From Octopus vulgaris (taxonomy: Eukaryota), in contig OX597821.1 of assembly GCA_951406725.2 (NCBI GenBank), positions 72,416,001 through 72,480,000 of the forward strand: a stretch of 64,000 bases of DNA. The letters are read 5' to 3'. This document shows, piece by piece, positions 13,243-26,641 of the stretch; position 1 is the stretch's first letter, and every line of letters begins with the position of its first letter. The notes under the pieces were generated by a model. The model made no database searches and was not told where the DNA came from. It was given only the letters and a program-made list of their open reading frames with translations. The position numbers were made by a program, and so were the translations under genes.

Positions 13243-13361
13243 GTTCTTTTGACAATTTCCTAAAATTGGGAGCTGAATTAGGGGTTCCTACAAGCAACTA
13301 CTCCAAAATTCAATATGATGTTGCAACAAAACTCCAAAAATTAAGACTTGAATCTAAGAAG
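13243..13361 (+). CDS. CPLANE1: CPLANE1-like exon 6
   Basis: Pyrimidine tract with caatAG / GTAAAT. GSFDNFLKLGAELGVPTSNYSKIQYDVATKLQKLRLESKK; phase 1 to 0. Confidence 0.8.
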
Positions 13362-13690
13362 GTAAATATTAACCTAATAACAATTTTATATTACTTTTTC
13401 CTACGCTGCAATTACATTTCTGGTTTTCCTAATCGTCTTTTGGATTACTGCCTGGAAGGGTTTTTAATCAAATAAATCAAACCCAGTACTTGGGTTTGTT
13501 TGTTTGAAGTGTGATACTTACTCTTTTTTGTTGAACTGCAAAGTTATAGGGGACATAAACAAACCAACACCGGTTGTCAAGCAATGGAGGGGAGGGCTGA
13601 CAAACACTGACAGAGAGATACATAGACACACGCACACACACACACATACACAGTTGAAAAAAGATTAGAGATCTATACAAATCAAATTTT

Positions 13691-14100
13691 TATATATAAA
13701 AGATTGAGGTGGAAATAGCACAGAAGTAAGCCTAAAAAATTTCAATTTAAGAAGGAATTTAATAAAATGATTTAAAAATTATATAAAGAAAATATTACCA
13801 GTTTTGATGATGAATCTCATCTCATCAAATATCAATAAAAATTTATGAAAATTAGAAGTAAAAACAGTTTATCTTCTGTCTGGGTGTCAAAAACATGTCT
13901 GACCCCTTGACAGAAGATAAACTGTTTTTACTTCAAATTTTCATAAATTTTTACTGATATTTGATAAGGTGAGATTCATCATCAAAACCGGTAATATTTT
14001 CTTTATATAATTTTAAGAATCATTTTATTAAATTCCTTCTTAAATTGAAATGTCTTAGATTTACTTCTGTGCTATTTCCACCTCCATCTTTTATATATAT
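13691..14100. mobile_element. About 410-bp palindromic element with degenerate hammerhead folds in both arms (Penelope-like derivative)
   Basis: Arms are reverse-complementary around ACATGT (13893-13898) and bounded by TA runs. Hammerhead-like fold at 13956-13998(+) and 13791-13833(-). Confidence 0.7.
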
Positions 14101-14524
14101 ATTGAAACTCCAACATCTGTCAGCTGACTTGGTAGACACCCATAGAATTATTAACCATCTTACAAACAATAACTCTGAGCACCTTTTCAAACTCCACCTG
14201 TCTAACACCCATGGACATGTTTACAAAGTCAGAAAACAGCACAGCTCCCATGACTTTCGGAAACATTTTTTCACGCTAAGAGTTGCTGAAGCATGGAACA
14301 AACTGCCAGCATCAGTTGTTAGTCGTCAGAGCACTGCATCCTTCAAAACTTCCATGCTTCCTGAGATTCACTAACACTACACCTGATCTTCTCCCCTCCA
14401 TACACAAGCAAGCATGTATCTGACTCATACACTGTTCACTTCCCAGACATTTGTACATTACTGCATATGCTTTATATGCACTTTTGACAAGTTGTGGTGC
14501 ACCTGAGCACTGTATACAATAATT

Positions 14525-14565
<41 letters not shown>
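14101..14565 (+). mobile_element. CR1-clade LINE 3' end with (TTA)n tail
   Basis: HDFRKHFFTLRVAEAWNKLP motif in ORF 14045..14374. Near-identical copy at 36241-36683 and short tail copy at 18225-18345. Confidence 0.85.
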
Positions 14566-14574
<9 letters not shown>

Positions 14575-16134
14575 TGCTTCCATGTAGTTTTGTCTACCAA
14601 ATTCACTCAGAAGGCATTTGTTGCCCCAAGGTACTGTTTAGGGGGATTGAACATGAAAGCACATGGTTACAAAGCAAGCTTCTGAACCACTCAGGCATGC
14701 CTGTGCCTATGTATGTACTTTTAAAAATAAGTTTGGTTCTACAAGAACCATGCCTGCTGCCATTCCTCTTTAGACTGAACAGTAAATATAAATGATAATT
14801 TTCTTGATGAATATTGGGACTACTCAGGAAAACCTATAAGAACTGTTTTCCTTTGGTGAAGGGGCATAGATAAGGGCTGTGGTTCAGAGTTCATTCACAA
14901 CCACGTGGTTTCAAGTTCAATCCTATTTTGCAGCTACCATGTACCCAGATCATCTTGAAAGGAATTGAATTGCTGGTCTCTGACTTCTATGCAAATGGAA
15001 TGAAGTCTGTTTCTTTAACCCTCAACATTATTTTAGAGAGCTTTTCCAGGATGCTATTCCGCAGCTGATTCTGTGTATAAACGAAACAAACATACACCGA
15101 GTATGTGCGATTGATAATATAATCATAACCTCACCAGGCTGTTGGATGTTGTTATACCCCACTGATCACAATGTGTTTAGCAGTGTTTTAGCTCTTAAAT
15201 GCTGCCATCCCACTGGCAAGGCAGGAAGCAGGCAGGCAGGCCAATATGTATGTACATACACACTCACACATACACACATATATAAACAGGCATAGGAATG
15301 GCTGTATATGTACATATATATACATGATGGCTGCCCCCTCGTTATCGAGTATGGCCATTGCATGAAGCTTTAACTGTTATTGGTGCTGTGATCGAATGTG
15401 ACTTTTTAGCCCAGCTAAAGATCTACAATGTCTTGGACAGAATCGGCAGCTTAAACCGTTACCAGTATAAACAAGTATAGGTATGGCTGTGTGATTGTGT
15501 CTCCCTACCACATGGTGCTGGGTTCAGTCCCACTGTGTGGCTCCTTGAGCAAGTGACTTCTGCTATGGCCCCAGGCTAACCAAAGCCTTGTAAGTGGATT
15601 GGGTAGTTGGAAACTAAAAGAAGCCCATTGTCTTGTGCATGAGTGTATTTGTGTCTCCTTGTCTTGACTGTTGATTGTTGAAAGTGAGCATCACCATCGC
15701 ACAAGCAGTGTAACAACAAATCTTCCATGAAAACGTGTCTGGCCATGGAGGGAAATATTATCTTAAATGGAAACGGGTGAGGCTTGGTGACAGGAGGAGC
15801 ATCCAGCTATAAAATATCGACCTCAACAAACTCTGTCTGACCCAAATGATAAAGCATCCATGAAGAATGCCAGAATCAGAGCATCAAACCAAAATGCCAA
15901 AGACCCTTTAGTTCCATTTCAGCCTTTTTGTATGGATGTTCTCTTTTATGTAATTGCTAAATTAGGCATTAGACAAAGTACTAGGCTTAATACAAACATA
16001 TAACCAGCAACAACAAAAAAAAAGAGACTCCTTTAAGATAGTGCCCCCAGCATGGCCACAATTGAATGACTGACACCATTGAAAAAAACGCAAAAAGAGT
16101 AACCTGGTTTGTGTTTCTTGTGATGTATTTTCAG

Positions 16135-16249
16135 ATGGATGCAGTTGAAGCAAAGAAACAAACGTCTGATGTGAGTGTTGTGACTGATCCTGTGATTGAA
16201 GAAATAAAACAAATGACTGATGTTGCTACTTCCATCACTAAAGACACGG
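16135..16249 (+). CDS. CPLANE1: CPLANE1-like exon 7
   Basis: ttttcAG / GTAAAT. MDAVEAKKQTSDVSVVTDP...DVATSITKDT; phase 0 to 1. Confidence 0.75.
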
Positions 16250-18057
16250 GTAAATTAATTAACACTTTAATTATGTCTTAATTGAGAAAGTACAAGTGAG
16301 ATGGTGAATGGATAAAATATTGAAGTAATTGCTCAAATTTCTGGCTGGTAATTTGTTGTTTCAAGGAAGCTTTGTCCACTTGGTTGTTAGGAACGGGTTC
16401 AGGTCAGCTGCAGCAAACTGACTTCCTCTCTTTTATGGTATTTCATGTAAACCTGAGCTAAGCACCATCATTCAAGGATTCCTCAACCCAAGTGTTCATA
16501 AAACTGATTTAATTATGTAAGTAGAATTAAATACTTAATTATATGTAAACCAAGATAGTAAGTTTACATATATCATACCTTGATACTGTGTGGACTGGGT
16601 GCCCCGTTGAAGGCCCCTGAAATTAAATGAATTTCTAAATACTTTTATTATGCAAATTGGCAGACCCAGTCATCTGAAGCCACTGGATTTGTTGTGTATA
16701 TAAACAGATTAGCTGCTTATTTCTCTCAGATTGGTCAAGTGATGTAAACACCTAATGAGACTAATAAGTATTGGAAACCTGTTAAAGATATTCATCTTTT
16801 TTTCTTCAATCTATAGAGCAACATGTATATCTACTATGTAGGTTTGTATATATATATTTATATATATATATATTGCCTGACAGCATAACAACAGTAAAAT
16901 ATAAACTTTTAACTTAGAAGTGAGAATTCAGCACTTAACCAGCTTCTAATTACTTATTGCACTTCAGAAATGGATAACAATCTTATCAGTGCCAACTTAT
17001 TAAATATATCATGGGCTGTGACCACCAAGGATCAAGGACATGCATAGGCTTGAAAGAAATGAGGCTAGCATGCTTCGTTGGATGTGTAATGTTAGTGTGC
17101 ATGTATGATAGAGTGTCAGCATCTTGAGAGAAAAGTTGGGCATAAGACGCATCAGATGTGGTGTGAAAGAGAGATGACTGTGCTGGTATGGTGATGTGAT
17201 GCATATGGATGAAGGCAGCCGTGTAAAGAAGTACTGATCTCTAACTGTGGAGGAAACCTGTGGAAGAAATAGACCCAGGAAGACATGGGACAAGGTGGTG
17301 AAGCATGGTCTTTGAATGTTGGGCCTCATGAAGGCAATGACAAGTGACCAAGACCTTTGGTGATGTGCTGTGCTTGAGGAAGCCAAGTGAAATCACAGTC
17401 ATGGCCAATGCCAGTGTCGCATAAATGGCACCTGTGCTGGTGGCACATAAAAGCACCCATTGCATTCTTTGAGTGGTTGGCATTCTGAAGGGCATCCAGC
17501 CAAAGAATCCATGCCAAATCAGGTTAGAGTCTGGTGCAGCCCCTCAGTTTACCAGCCCTGATCAAACCGTCCAACCCATGCCAGCATGGACAATGGACAT
17601 TAAATGATGATGTCATCATCATCATCATCATCAGTTAGAGAAATTGGAGTGGAAGTATTTGTGAAACATCAAATGGCAAAAGATTTGTTGGCTTTGCTTT
17701 TTATGTAGAATTGGTAATTAGTTTCAAAATGACCATTTATGGTTAAAAATATATTAATGTCTAACATTGATACAGAGGTAGAACATTTTAGAGAAGGATT
17801 GGATGTGTGGTTCATAGGGTTGCAGGTTCTATCCCACTGTATGGCACATTAGAAAATTGTCTTTTACCATAACTTGGATCGAACAAAGTCTTGTGACTGG
17901 AATTTAATAAATAACTATCCAGAAGTCAGTTGTTTGTGTGTGTCAGTGAATGAAAGATGTAAACATGGTGTAAGTACTGGTAATATTCTAACATCAATTA
18001 CCCCACCTCATACACACAAAAAAAAACTGATTTTGTTTTCGTGTCATCTGAAACCAG

Positions 18058-18209
18058 GTTCCGATCCAGTCACTGAACTGGCGACTGCTGGCACTGAAGG
18101 GCACCAAGGAAATATTCTCACACCTGATATCTTCCTAAATCTACACTACAACGACCTGCTTCTAAACGACCAACATACTAGAGAAACCAGATCTCCAACT
18201 CTGAAAAAG
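18058..18209 (+). CDS. CPLANE1: CPLANE1-like exon 8
   Basis: accAG / GTACAA. GSDPVTEL...ILTPDIFLNLHY...PTLKK; PDIFLNL resembles the CPLANE1 PDVYLNL motif; phase 1 to 0. Confidence 0.75.
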
Positions 18210-18357
18210 GTACAATTCCATATTCTCATACACTGTTCGCTTTCCAGACATTTGTACATTACTGCATATGTTTTATACGCACTTTTGACAAGTTGTGGTG
18301 CACATGAGCACTGTATACAATAATTTCATTATTATTATTATTATTCTATAATTTCAG

Positions 18358-18529
18358 AAAGAAGACTCTAGTCATACATTCTTGAATGTCATTGATGTGT
18401 CTTCATCTTCTGTGATGGATGCTATTTCTGAAACAATTCCTGTCATTTCACAGCCCTTAATGAATGCAAAGTTGACTCAAGAAGTGAATGTTTATAAACC
18501 ATATATTGATACAGAAGCACTTCTTTCTG
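18358..18529 (+). CDS. CPLANE1: CPLANE1-like exon 9
   Basis: tttcAG / GTAAGA. KEDSSHTFLNVIDVSS...TEALLS; HTFLNVIDV resembles CPLANE1 HTYINVIDI; phase 0 to 1. Confidence 0.8.
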
Positions 18530-18567
18530 GTAAGATAATAGTTAATCAGTTTTAAAGCAGCATTTAA

Positions 18568-18767
18568 CCCTTTCATTACCAACCTGGCCGAAACTGCCTC
18601 TAGCTTTGTAGTACAAATGTCATGTTTTCTTAAGTTTTGAATTAAAATCTTCCACCAAACATTAGTCACAATTTATGTTCCTAAGTTATTTTACTAAATT
18701 CTTTGTTATATTTAAAGTAATTGAAGGAAACACAGAGCATCTCAAAATAAATACGGTAATGAAAGGG
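18568..18767. mobile_element. piggyBac-like MITE family 1, copy b
   Basis: Perfect 13-bp TIR CCCTTTCATTACC / GGTAATGAAAGGG with TTAA on both sides. Confidence 0.85.
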
Positions 18768-20014
18768 TTAATTTTTCACAAGCTATTAACCTGTTGGTAT
18801 TGTTTTCTTTTTTCTTTTAACAAGGCAAGATAGGGGTTCTGCTGTAAAGACATGGATACCTCAGTTTGAAAGGAAAGATGAGTGAGTAAAGGAGTAAGAT
18901 GAAGAGAGAGATGATAGTAAAGATGTGTGAGGACATGTGCTCGAGGGACGCTGGTTGCCGTAGGGTAAAAGTTGGTGAGATGATGGGGAGGTTTAGACCG
19001 GGTGGAAAGGCAGGATAGAAATGAAGAGAAATATTGGAGAGGCTTGGGTGAGGGCAGGGGTTGCAGTGGAAGGTGAAGCAAGGGCATTGGAGATGAAGCA
19101 GGTAAGTGAGGTGTTAATGATGGAGAACAGCACAGGGGAGAGAAGGTACAGAAAGGAGGTGATTGACGGAGATAGTAAGTGGGAGAAGATAAAGGGAAGT
19201 GGAAGTGGTTTGGGGCTGGAAAGAAAGTAAGCGAGGGGATGTAGTATGTGCCTATTCTAGTCTCAGGTGATAGTGGAAGTGATGAGTGTGAGGGGCAGGG
19301 AAGGTTGACTGGGCAGAGCCCTCATGGGCAAGCATTACTAAGGAGGTTTTAGGATATCAATTCTGCTGTAGTGGGCAGGTTTTCTTCAGTATGGCAATGT
19401 GTCAGCTATCTTGGTCCTTTGTCATCTTTGTAAGGCTCAGCAGTTTGAGATCAGCCTTCAATACTTTGTCCCCTGTCTTCCGGGGTTCCATTCACTGTAA
19501 GTAATTGGCACTTCATTATGCAACTGCCCTCCTCCAACCGCATCACATGACCAAACCAGCGCAGTCTCCTCTCTTGCACACTGCATTTATAAATTATCTC
19601 ACAAATGCACCTAGTGTTCCGCTCTGTTGCACTGACCTTGCACAGTGAAGCATGCTAGCTTCATTCTCCCTCTAGTCTTCGCATGTCCTCTACATTCAAA
19701 GCTCACGTCTCTCACTACCATGTAGCGCTGTTGTTCGTACACATACATCATACAACTTTTGTTTCACTCCGTGGTAGTGGTGGCAGGAATCTTTGCGTCA
19801 AATAAAGAGTTTGGCTGGTGCTTATTAATTCCAAAGAGGCCATTAAGAATCTCTAATATTGTTGGTTGAAGACAAACTTTCAGCCGTACGATGTTTACTG
19901 TTTCTGATTGCTACTGCGTTTGTTAATTATTATAATTATTGCTATAAGGATGATGATGACGATCAAGATTTACTTTATTTTGTTGCATGAGCAACACAAT
20001 ATATAAATATATAT

Positions 20015-20200
20015 ATCCGATCGTGGCCGTTCGCCAGCCTCGTCTGGCACCTGTGTCAGTGGCACATAAAAAACACCATCCGAGCGTGGCCGTCTGCAAG
20101 CCTCGTCTGGCACCTGTGTCGGTGGCACATAAAAAACACCATCCGAGCGTGGCCGTTCGCCAGCCTCGTCTGGCACCTATGTCGGTGGCACATAAAATCA
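20015..20200 (+). repeat. 63-bp tandem repeat (about 3 copies) inside a young RTE-tail copy
   Basis: Units start at 20015, 20078 and 20141, are nearly identical and retain CpGs. Confidence 0.9.
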
Positions 20201-20535
20201 CCCACAACACTCTCGGAGTGGTTGGCGTTAGGAAGGGCATCCAGCTGTAGAAACAATGCCAGATCTGACTGGCCTGGTGCAGCCTTCGGGCTCCCCAGAC
20301 CCCAGTTGAACCGTCCAACCCATGCTAGCATGGAAAGCGGACGTTAAACGATGATGATGATGATTAGGTTAACAGTGACAGAAACAAACAAAACATCTTG
20401 GAGTGTACCTACTCGGATAAATAACAAAGCACACACGTACACACGATGACTGTAACACAATTCCAAGCAATGCCATCGCTTGATTATGCTGAGAAAGCAT
20501 CGTGGATATTGCTTTTCAGTTCTTCTAAGAACTTG

Positions 20536-20567
<32 letters not shown>

Positions 20568-21019
20568 TTTGCAGCAAGTGTTTACAGAGTTACCTCCCAT
20601 GCTTCTACATACCTTCATGCCATCATGGAATTTTTCATTTATTGTTTTGCCTTTTTTTTTGTTTTTTGTTTCTTTTGTTGCCATGGCCAGCCATAGTAAG
20701 CAACATATGATTGCTAATTTTAAAAATCGAGTGATATCTGTGCCTGAAGCTTTTTAAAATGAGGAAATGTATTCATCAACCAGGTCCAACCCATGCCAGC
20801 ATGGAAAGCAGACTTTAAACGACGATGATGATGATGATGATGATGAATTCATCTCACAAATGACTCTGCATTTTGTAGCTGATGGTTAGCTCAATGTTGA
20901 TGTGATTTTTCCACATTCAAAACTCAATGGAATGGTTAAACCAGGAAACTACAATTCTTAACACTGAAGGAATTCTTTAACAGTTCCAGTACAACTCTTT
21001 TTGTGAAATTTTGCATTAG

Positions 21020-21748
21020 CCTTTTGGCAATTAAACAGCCATATCCAACCCCAAATATTCTGTGTTCTAAGTTCAAACTGGCTAAATCTGGCCTCTCACA
21101 CCTACCCTACAATACCATTCTAAAAATAAATATTCAGGGGCGTAATCAGCCCACTTATGCGTACCTTTTCCTTCTTTGGACAATAAAACTCTGCTTGCGA
21201 AGACCTGTTGAGGCAAGTGAAATCAAAATCAAATTCGATGATTGGCGTCCGTGCTAGCAGGGTGCAAAGAGCACCATACGAGTGTGATCATTGACAGAGC
21301 GGCTAACCGGCTTCAGTGCCAGTGGCACTTAAAAGGCACCATTCGAGCATGATCATTACCAGCGTCGCCTGTGCTGGCACCTGTGCAAAAGATTCGAACG
21401 AGGTCATTGCCAGTACCGCCTGACTGGCCTCGTGCCGGTGGCATGTAAAAAGTACCCACTACACTCTTGGAGTGGTTGACGTTAGGAAGGGCATCCAGCT
21501 GTAGAAACTCTGCCAGATCAAGATTGAAGCCTGGTGCAGCCATCTGGTTCGCCAGCCCCCAGTCAAAATCGTCCAACCCATGGAAAGTGGACGTTAAATG
21601 ACGATGATGGTGATAATCGAAATCTCAAAGCTTACAAGTTAATGCATGATTAATTCATAAAAATAAGCATTACATATTAATAATAAGCATTGTATTGGAC
21701 AGAATAAGTAAGCATTTCATTGGACAAAGTGAAGTAAATGCTAAAGGG
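21020..21748. mobile_element. piggyBac-like MITE family 2 interrupted by an RTE-tail insertion
   Basis: Ends TTAG|CCTTTTGGCAATT ... AATGCTAAAGGG|TTAC; body homologous to 28448-28640; RTE tail at about 21135-21612 inside. Confidence 0.6.
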
Positions 21749-22424
21749 TTACTCAGGATCTGAAAAAAGATATAATGTACAAAGGACAAAACTTGAAAAG
21801 CTATTTTTCAAGAAAACAAAAGGATGTATGTATGATATACTTAGAACAATTTTAACATCTGAATTCTTATGAATAATTCGACTTATAGGAGGTTTTTCAG
21901 GATTGTTTTTGTTTAATCCTAGATTAACCCTGATCAGACATTTGGTCACAGGTAATCCAGCAATGACTTTATCTTCTTTTAGTGGTACCTGTCTAAGGCA
22001 TCCATTAGTCAGATTGTAAATAAACAACCTTGTAAAATGGTGACATACAATATCCAGACCATGGGACACACACACACACACACATAGGCTTCTTTCAGTT
22101 TCCATCTACCAAATTCACAAGACTTCAGTTGACCTGGAGCTGGAACTACGAAATATCTTATACCCATTCATACTTTTAGTTTCAAAATTGAATCATTTCT
22201 CTTAATAATGAAGCAGTTTCTATCTTTTTATTATCTTCGGGAAGAGATAGTGGTTATAGGTTCAAATCCTGCCACAGCCTATTGTTGTATTTAAAGGAAT
22301 AAGATTAAAGAAGCCAGTCAAGAAATTGTGTCCATAAAGTTTTACGTTTGAAAATTAATCCTAAAAACACAATATGGAATTGTATATTCATATTTATATA
22401 TATTCTTTTTTTTTTCTTTTCAAG

Positions 22425-22863
22425 ATTTCAAGTATGATAGTGAGCTTTCACCTGTGCCATTCCAAGTAGACAGTAGACTTTTTGAAAGAAAAGAAAAAAC
22501 ACCAACACCGAGCAGTAATAATAAATCAATAGTCTTTGAACATAGAATTCTTTCGCCTATCAATGAAGATTCAATTCAGTCTTCTGAAACACCAGACCAT
22601 ATCTCACAGCCATCCGATAACCTGAGCTATACAGAAGCTGTTCAAGACAAACATACATTGCCAGCATTTAATAATCAAAGAGTTTCTTCTATTGAAGAAC
22701 TGGCTTCTGAACTAATTTCTTCACCAAACTTCCCAGACAAACCTCAGACTTCCCAAGTATCACCAGACGAACCATTAATCCAGCAAAACTCATCCGACAG
22801 ACTATTAAGAAATTGTGACCAAGCTGAACTGGCCTCTTTTAATGAAGATGTTAATCTCCAGAG
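22425..22863 (+). CDS. CPLANE1: CPLANE1-like exon 10
   Basis: poly-T tract, caAG / GTAAAT. Covers ORF 22454..22867; phase 1 to 2. Confidence 0.8.
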
Positions 22864-24124
22864 GTAAATAGATATTTAAGAATTTGGGGGTTGGGTGTTT
22901 TTGGTGGTGGTGGGTTCTGTCAGAGAACCTAGAGAGGTTGAAAAGAAATAAGTGGAATGTGATCCATTGGATGAGTGATGTTAACTTGCAGGAAAGCTGG
23001 AGCACAACTAAGAAATGAGCTGAGCTTTCAAGACATTAATAGACCGAAGAGGTGGTTGCACTGGGTGGATATTGTGTTGTGAATGGACAACAAATATATG
23101 GGGAAGCATGCTGCATTAAAAACCAGTGAGGGATCCTCTATATGGTTGTTCAACTTGCTAGAAATAGCAGTTAAATCACACTCTAATCCCACCCAACCAT
23201 CTTGAATTTTAAAAAAAAAGGTTAAAACACATGAGATATGTAGTCCTATATGTTCTTAAAAAGACAAAAAGATCATGGCTGGAATGATTTTTATCATAGG
23301 TCTGCTGGATCAGTAATGACCTCGGGCTAAACAACATATGTAATGTGACAAAGAAAATGTGAGAAGTGATGGATTCGGATCAAAACATGTTTGATCTTAC
23401 AGACCTGACGATGACGGCGGCGACGACGACGCAATACAGTTTATACAGCAGACCTTTCTAATTTTGATACAAGACTAGCAATTTGAGGGGAAGGGGCAAG
23501 ACAATTATATTGCCCCTCCCCCTCCAGTACATGACTGGTACTTTATTTTATCAATTCCAAAAGGGCAAACGGTAAAGTTGACCCCAGCAGGATTTGAACT
23601 CAGAATGTAAAAAGCTAGAAGAAATACCACAAAGTATTTTGTCTGATGTGCTAACGATTCTGCCTGCTCGTCAACTAGATCTGTCTAATTAATGACAGCA
23701 TGGAAAAATAAACATAAATGATGTTGATGGATTAATATTTTTCTCAGTCCCTGTATTGTGTTTTTTAAATAAATGGATACTAATCCAGCTGGAGGAGGAA
23801 GTAATAAAATTACTCTCCTAACAAATAAATGGTAACACAGAACAACGTAATCTTATCACCATCTCTTATTCCGTACTAGCATGAGCTGGTTGAAGTTAAC
23901 ATCACTCAATTCTAAATGTGTTAGTTTAGAATTACTTCTGTAAAATGCTCTTGTCAATGCTAATGATATTAGAGTGTACAAGAATTTTTTGTCTGTTCTC
24001 TGTTGAATTAATACCAGAGTTTATATGCATAAATGTTGAGAAAGAAGCAAGAGGTTGCTAATAATAAATTATTTCCTGAACTAAAATAATGGGAATCTCT
24101 CTTCATACGATTTCATTTTTACAG

Positions 24125-24272
24125 CTTTAAAAACTTGGTTCCTCAACAAAAGACTCCAAGAAATATTTCACAAGATTTCTTAAAGACAAATCTTATGAAA
24201 ATGAGTCATCAACTTGGTGTGTTGGATAAACTTTCTCTGAAAATGGAAGAGGAAAGTAGAAAGACAAGACTG
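24125..24272 (+). CDS. CPLANE1: CPLANE1-like exon 11 (coiled-coil motif)
   Basis: tttacAG / GTGAGT. FLKTNLMKMSHQLGVLDKLSLKMEEE resembles the CPLANE1 QLQxMSxQLxAIQxIAENIExDF segment (from memory); phase 2 to 0. Confidence 0.8.
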
Positions 24273-26641
24273 GTGAGTAAAGATCTATTATTATTAAGAT
24301 ATAGGTTATTAGCGATATTTATATAGATATCAATTTATGCTGCCTTACTGGCACCTGTGCCAGTGGAATGTGTAAAAAGATTTGAGTGAAGTCATTGCCA
24401 GTACCACCTGACTGGCCCTCATGCCGGTGGCACGTAAAAAGCACCCACTACACTCTTGGAGTGGTAGGCGTTAGGAAGGGCATCCAGCTGTAGAAACTCT
24501 GCCAGATCAAGATTGGAGCCTGGTGCAGCCATCTGGTTCGCCAGCCCTCAGTCAAAATCGTCCAACCTATGCTAGCATGGAAAGCGAACGTTAAACGATG
24601 ACGATGAATATATATGTATATATATTACATACATACATACATACTCATCATCATCATCATCATCATCATTTAACGTCTGGTTTCCATAATAGCATGGGTG
24701 GGACGGTTTCACAAGAGCCTGCACCAGTCTTCTGTGGCTATTTTGGCAGGATCTTTACAGCCCTTCCTAACCTCAACCACTCAGCAGAGTGAACTTAGTG
24801 CTTTTCATGTGGCACAAGCACAAGCGAGGTCAGTTTTGGAAAGGTCTCTATAGCTGGATGCCCTTCCAAACACCAACCACTTTGCAGTGTGGACCGGGTG
24901 CTTTTAAGTGGCACCTGCACTGACAGGGTCACCGAGTACTTGCAAGACAAAAAAAAACAAAAACTTTCAAGTGGAGAGGGGGCATTGGAGGAGGTGATCT
25001 TGCGTTGGATGATGAAAAGGTTTTACTGAGACAGATACAGGTGCCTTGCTGTAGAGGAAATACAAGGTTACCTGGCCAGAGAGAGAGAGATCAGGAATGA
25101 AGACAGAAACAGGTGTGCTGCTGCAAAGGAAATACATGGTTACCTAACCTGAGGGAAGTGCAGAAGGAGAGAGAGAAAGAGAGACAGCAGGATAGAGATG
25201 ATGGCAAAATGCCAGGCATACTCACAAGGAATGAGGATCAGAATGTAAATGGGATGGTTGAGTAAAAGAAGAGAAAGATAGAGATGGTGGCAAGTGCCAG
25301 GGAATAGCCTTGAGGTTGGGAGGTCATAATGTAAGCGGCAGGATATTATGAAGGAAGTGTGATTAAAGAGTGCAAGTAAATGGTAAAAAGACCTGGGTAT
25401 ATATAGAGTTGGGGGTGGGCTACCAGTTAGCAATGATACAGCGGACAGGATTGGGGAGGGAGAGGTAGGCATAGTGTATGAAGGAGGAAATGCGAGAAAG
25501 AGAAGAGATGTGGATTGGTTTGTTGGGGTAGGGTGAGGGAAAAGTTTTCTTGTTACATAAGGGTGGAACACACAGGTCGGGGGCAAGCAGATAGCAATAA
25601 TACAGTGAGACAGGGTGTGTGGGTAGAACACACAGGTTGGGGGTAAGCAGAGAGCAATGATACAGTGGCACCAGGCCAAGGGGACAAGATTGGGGAGTGG
25701 GAGGTAATCAGAGTCCATGAAGCAGGAATGTGAGGAAGAGATGTAGTTTGGTTTGTTGTTGTTGTAGGTGTGGCTGTGTAGAAAGAAGTTTGCTTCCCAG
25801 CCACATGGTTCTGGGTTCAGTCCCACTGTGTGGCACTTTGGGCAAGTGTCTTCTGCTATAGCTTCAGGCCAACCAAAGCCTTGCGAGTGGATTTGGTAGA
25901 CGGAAACTGAAAGAAGCCCATTGCATATATACACTGAACAAAAAGCATTCTGTTATTTTATTACAGATCTTTTTATCCTAAGTTAAACACATGCCAAGGT
26001 TGACTTTGCCTTTCATCTGTTTGATGTTGATAAAAATAAGCAAAAAATACCTGGGGTTTATCTAATCAGCTCCTCCATGAAAATTTCTGGATTTTACTCC
26101 AGTTTTCAGAAATCAGTGTGAAGGCTTCGGGGTCCAGGTATTTGGTTCATGAATGTGAGATCACGAGTTCAATTCCTGGTAGTACATTGCACCCTTGAGC
26201 ACATTGCTCCACTCCACTCACCCGACGAAAATGAGTGGTACCAGTAATTCAAAAGGGCCAGCCTTGTCACATTCTGTGTCATACCTGAATCTCCCTGAGA
26301 ACTATGTCAAAGCTATATATATCTGAGGTGTACTCAGCCACTTGTACTTTCACAAGCAGGCTGATCTGTTGAATAGATCAACTGGAACACTCTTCATCAT
26401 AACCAACAGAGTTCCTGGTAGAAATCAATAATATTCTTATATTAAGTCCAACCTGATGAAGATGACGAATGGTGGTGACGACAGTTGACATAGATTTCAC
26501 TTGTCTCTCTTAAGCTGCTTTCTAACTAGATTAAATCTGCTGAGAAAATGTCAAAGATTATTAGTAGAATCACTGTTATTTTTGTGGTTGTTTTCTTAAT
26601 TATTTAACTGGCTTTTTGTGGTCTATTTATATTGTTTCCAG

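Noticed and set aside
25140-25934. 264-aa minus-strand ORF
   Set aside because: It starts inside a tRNA SINE and continues through a purine/pyrimidine-skewed repeat that lacks stops for compositional reasons; no domain or splice support.
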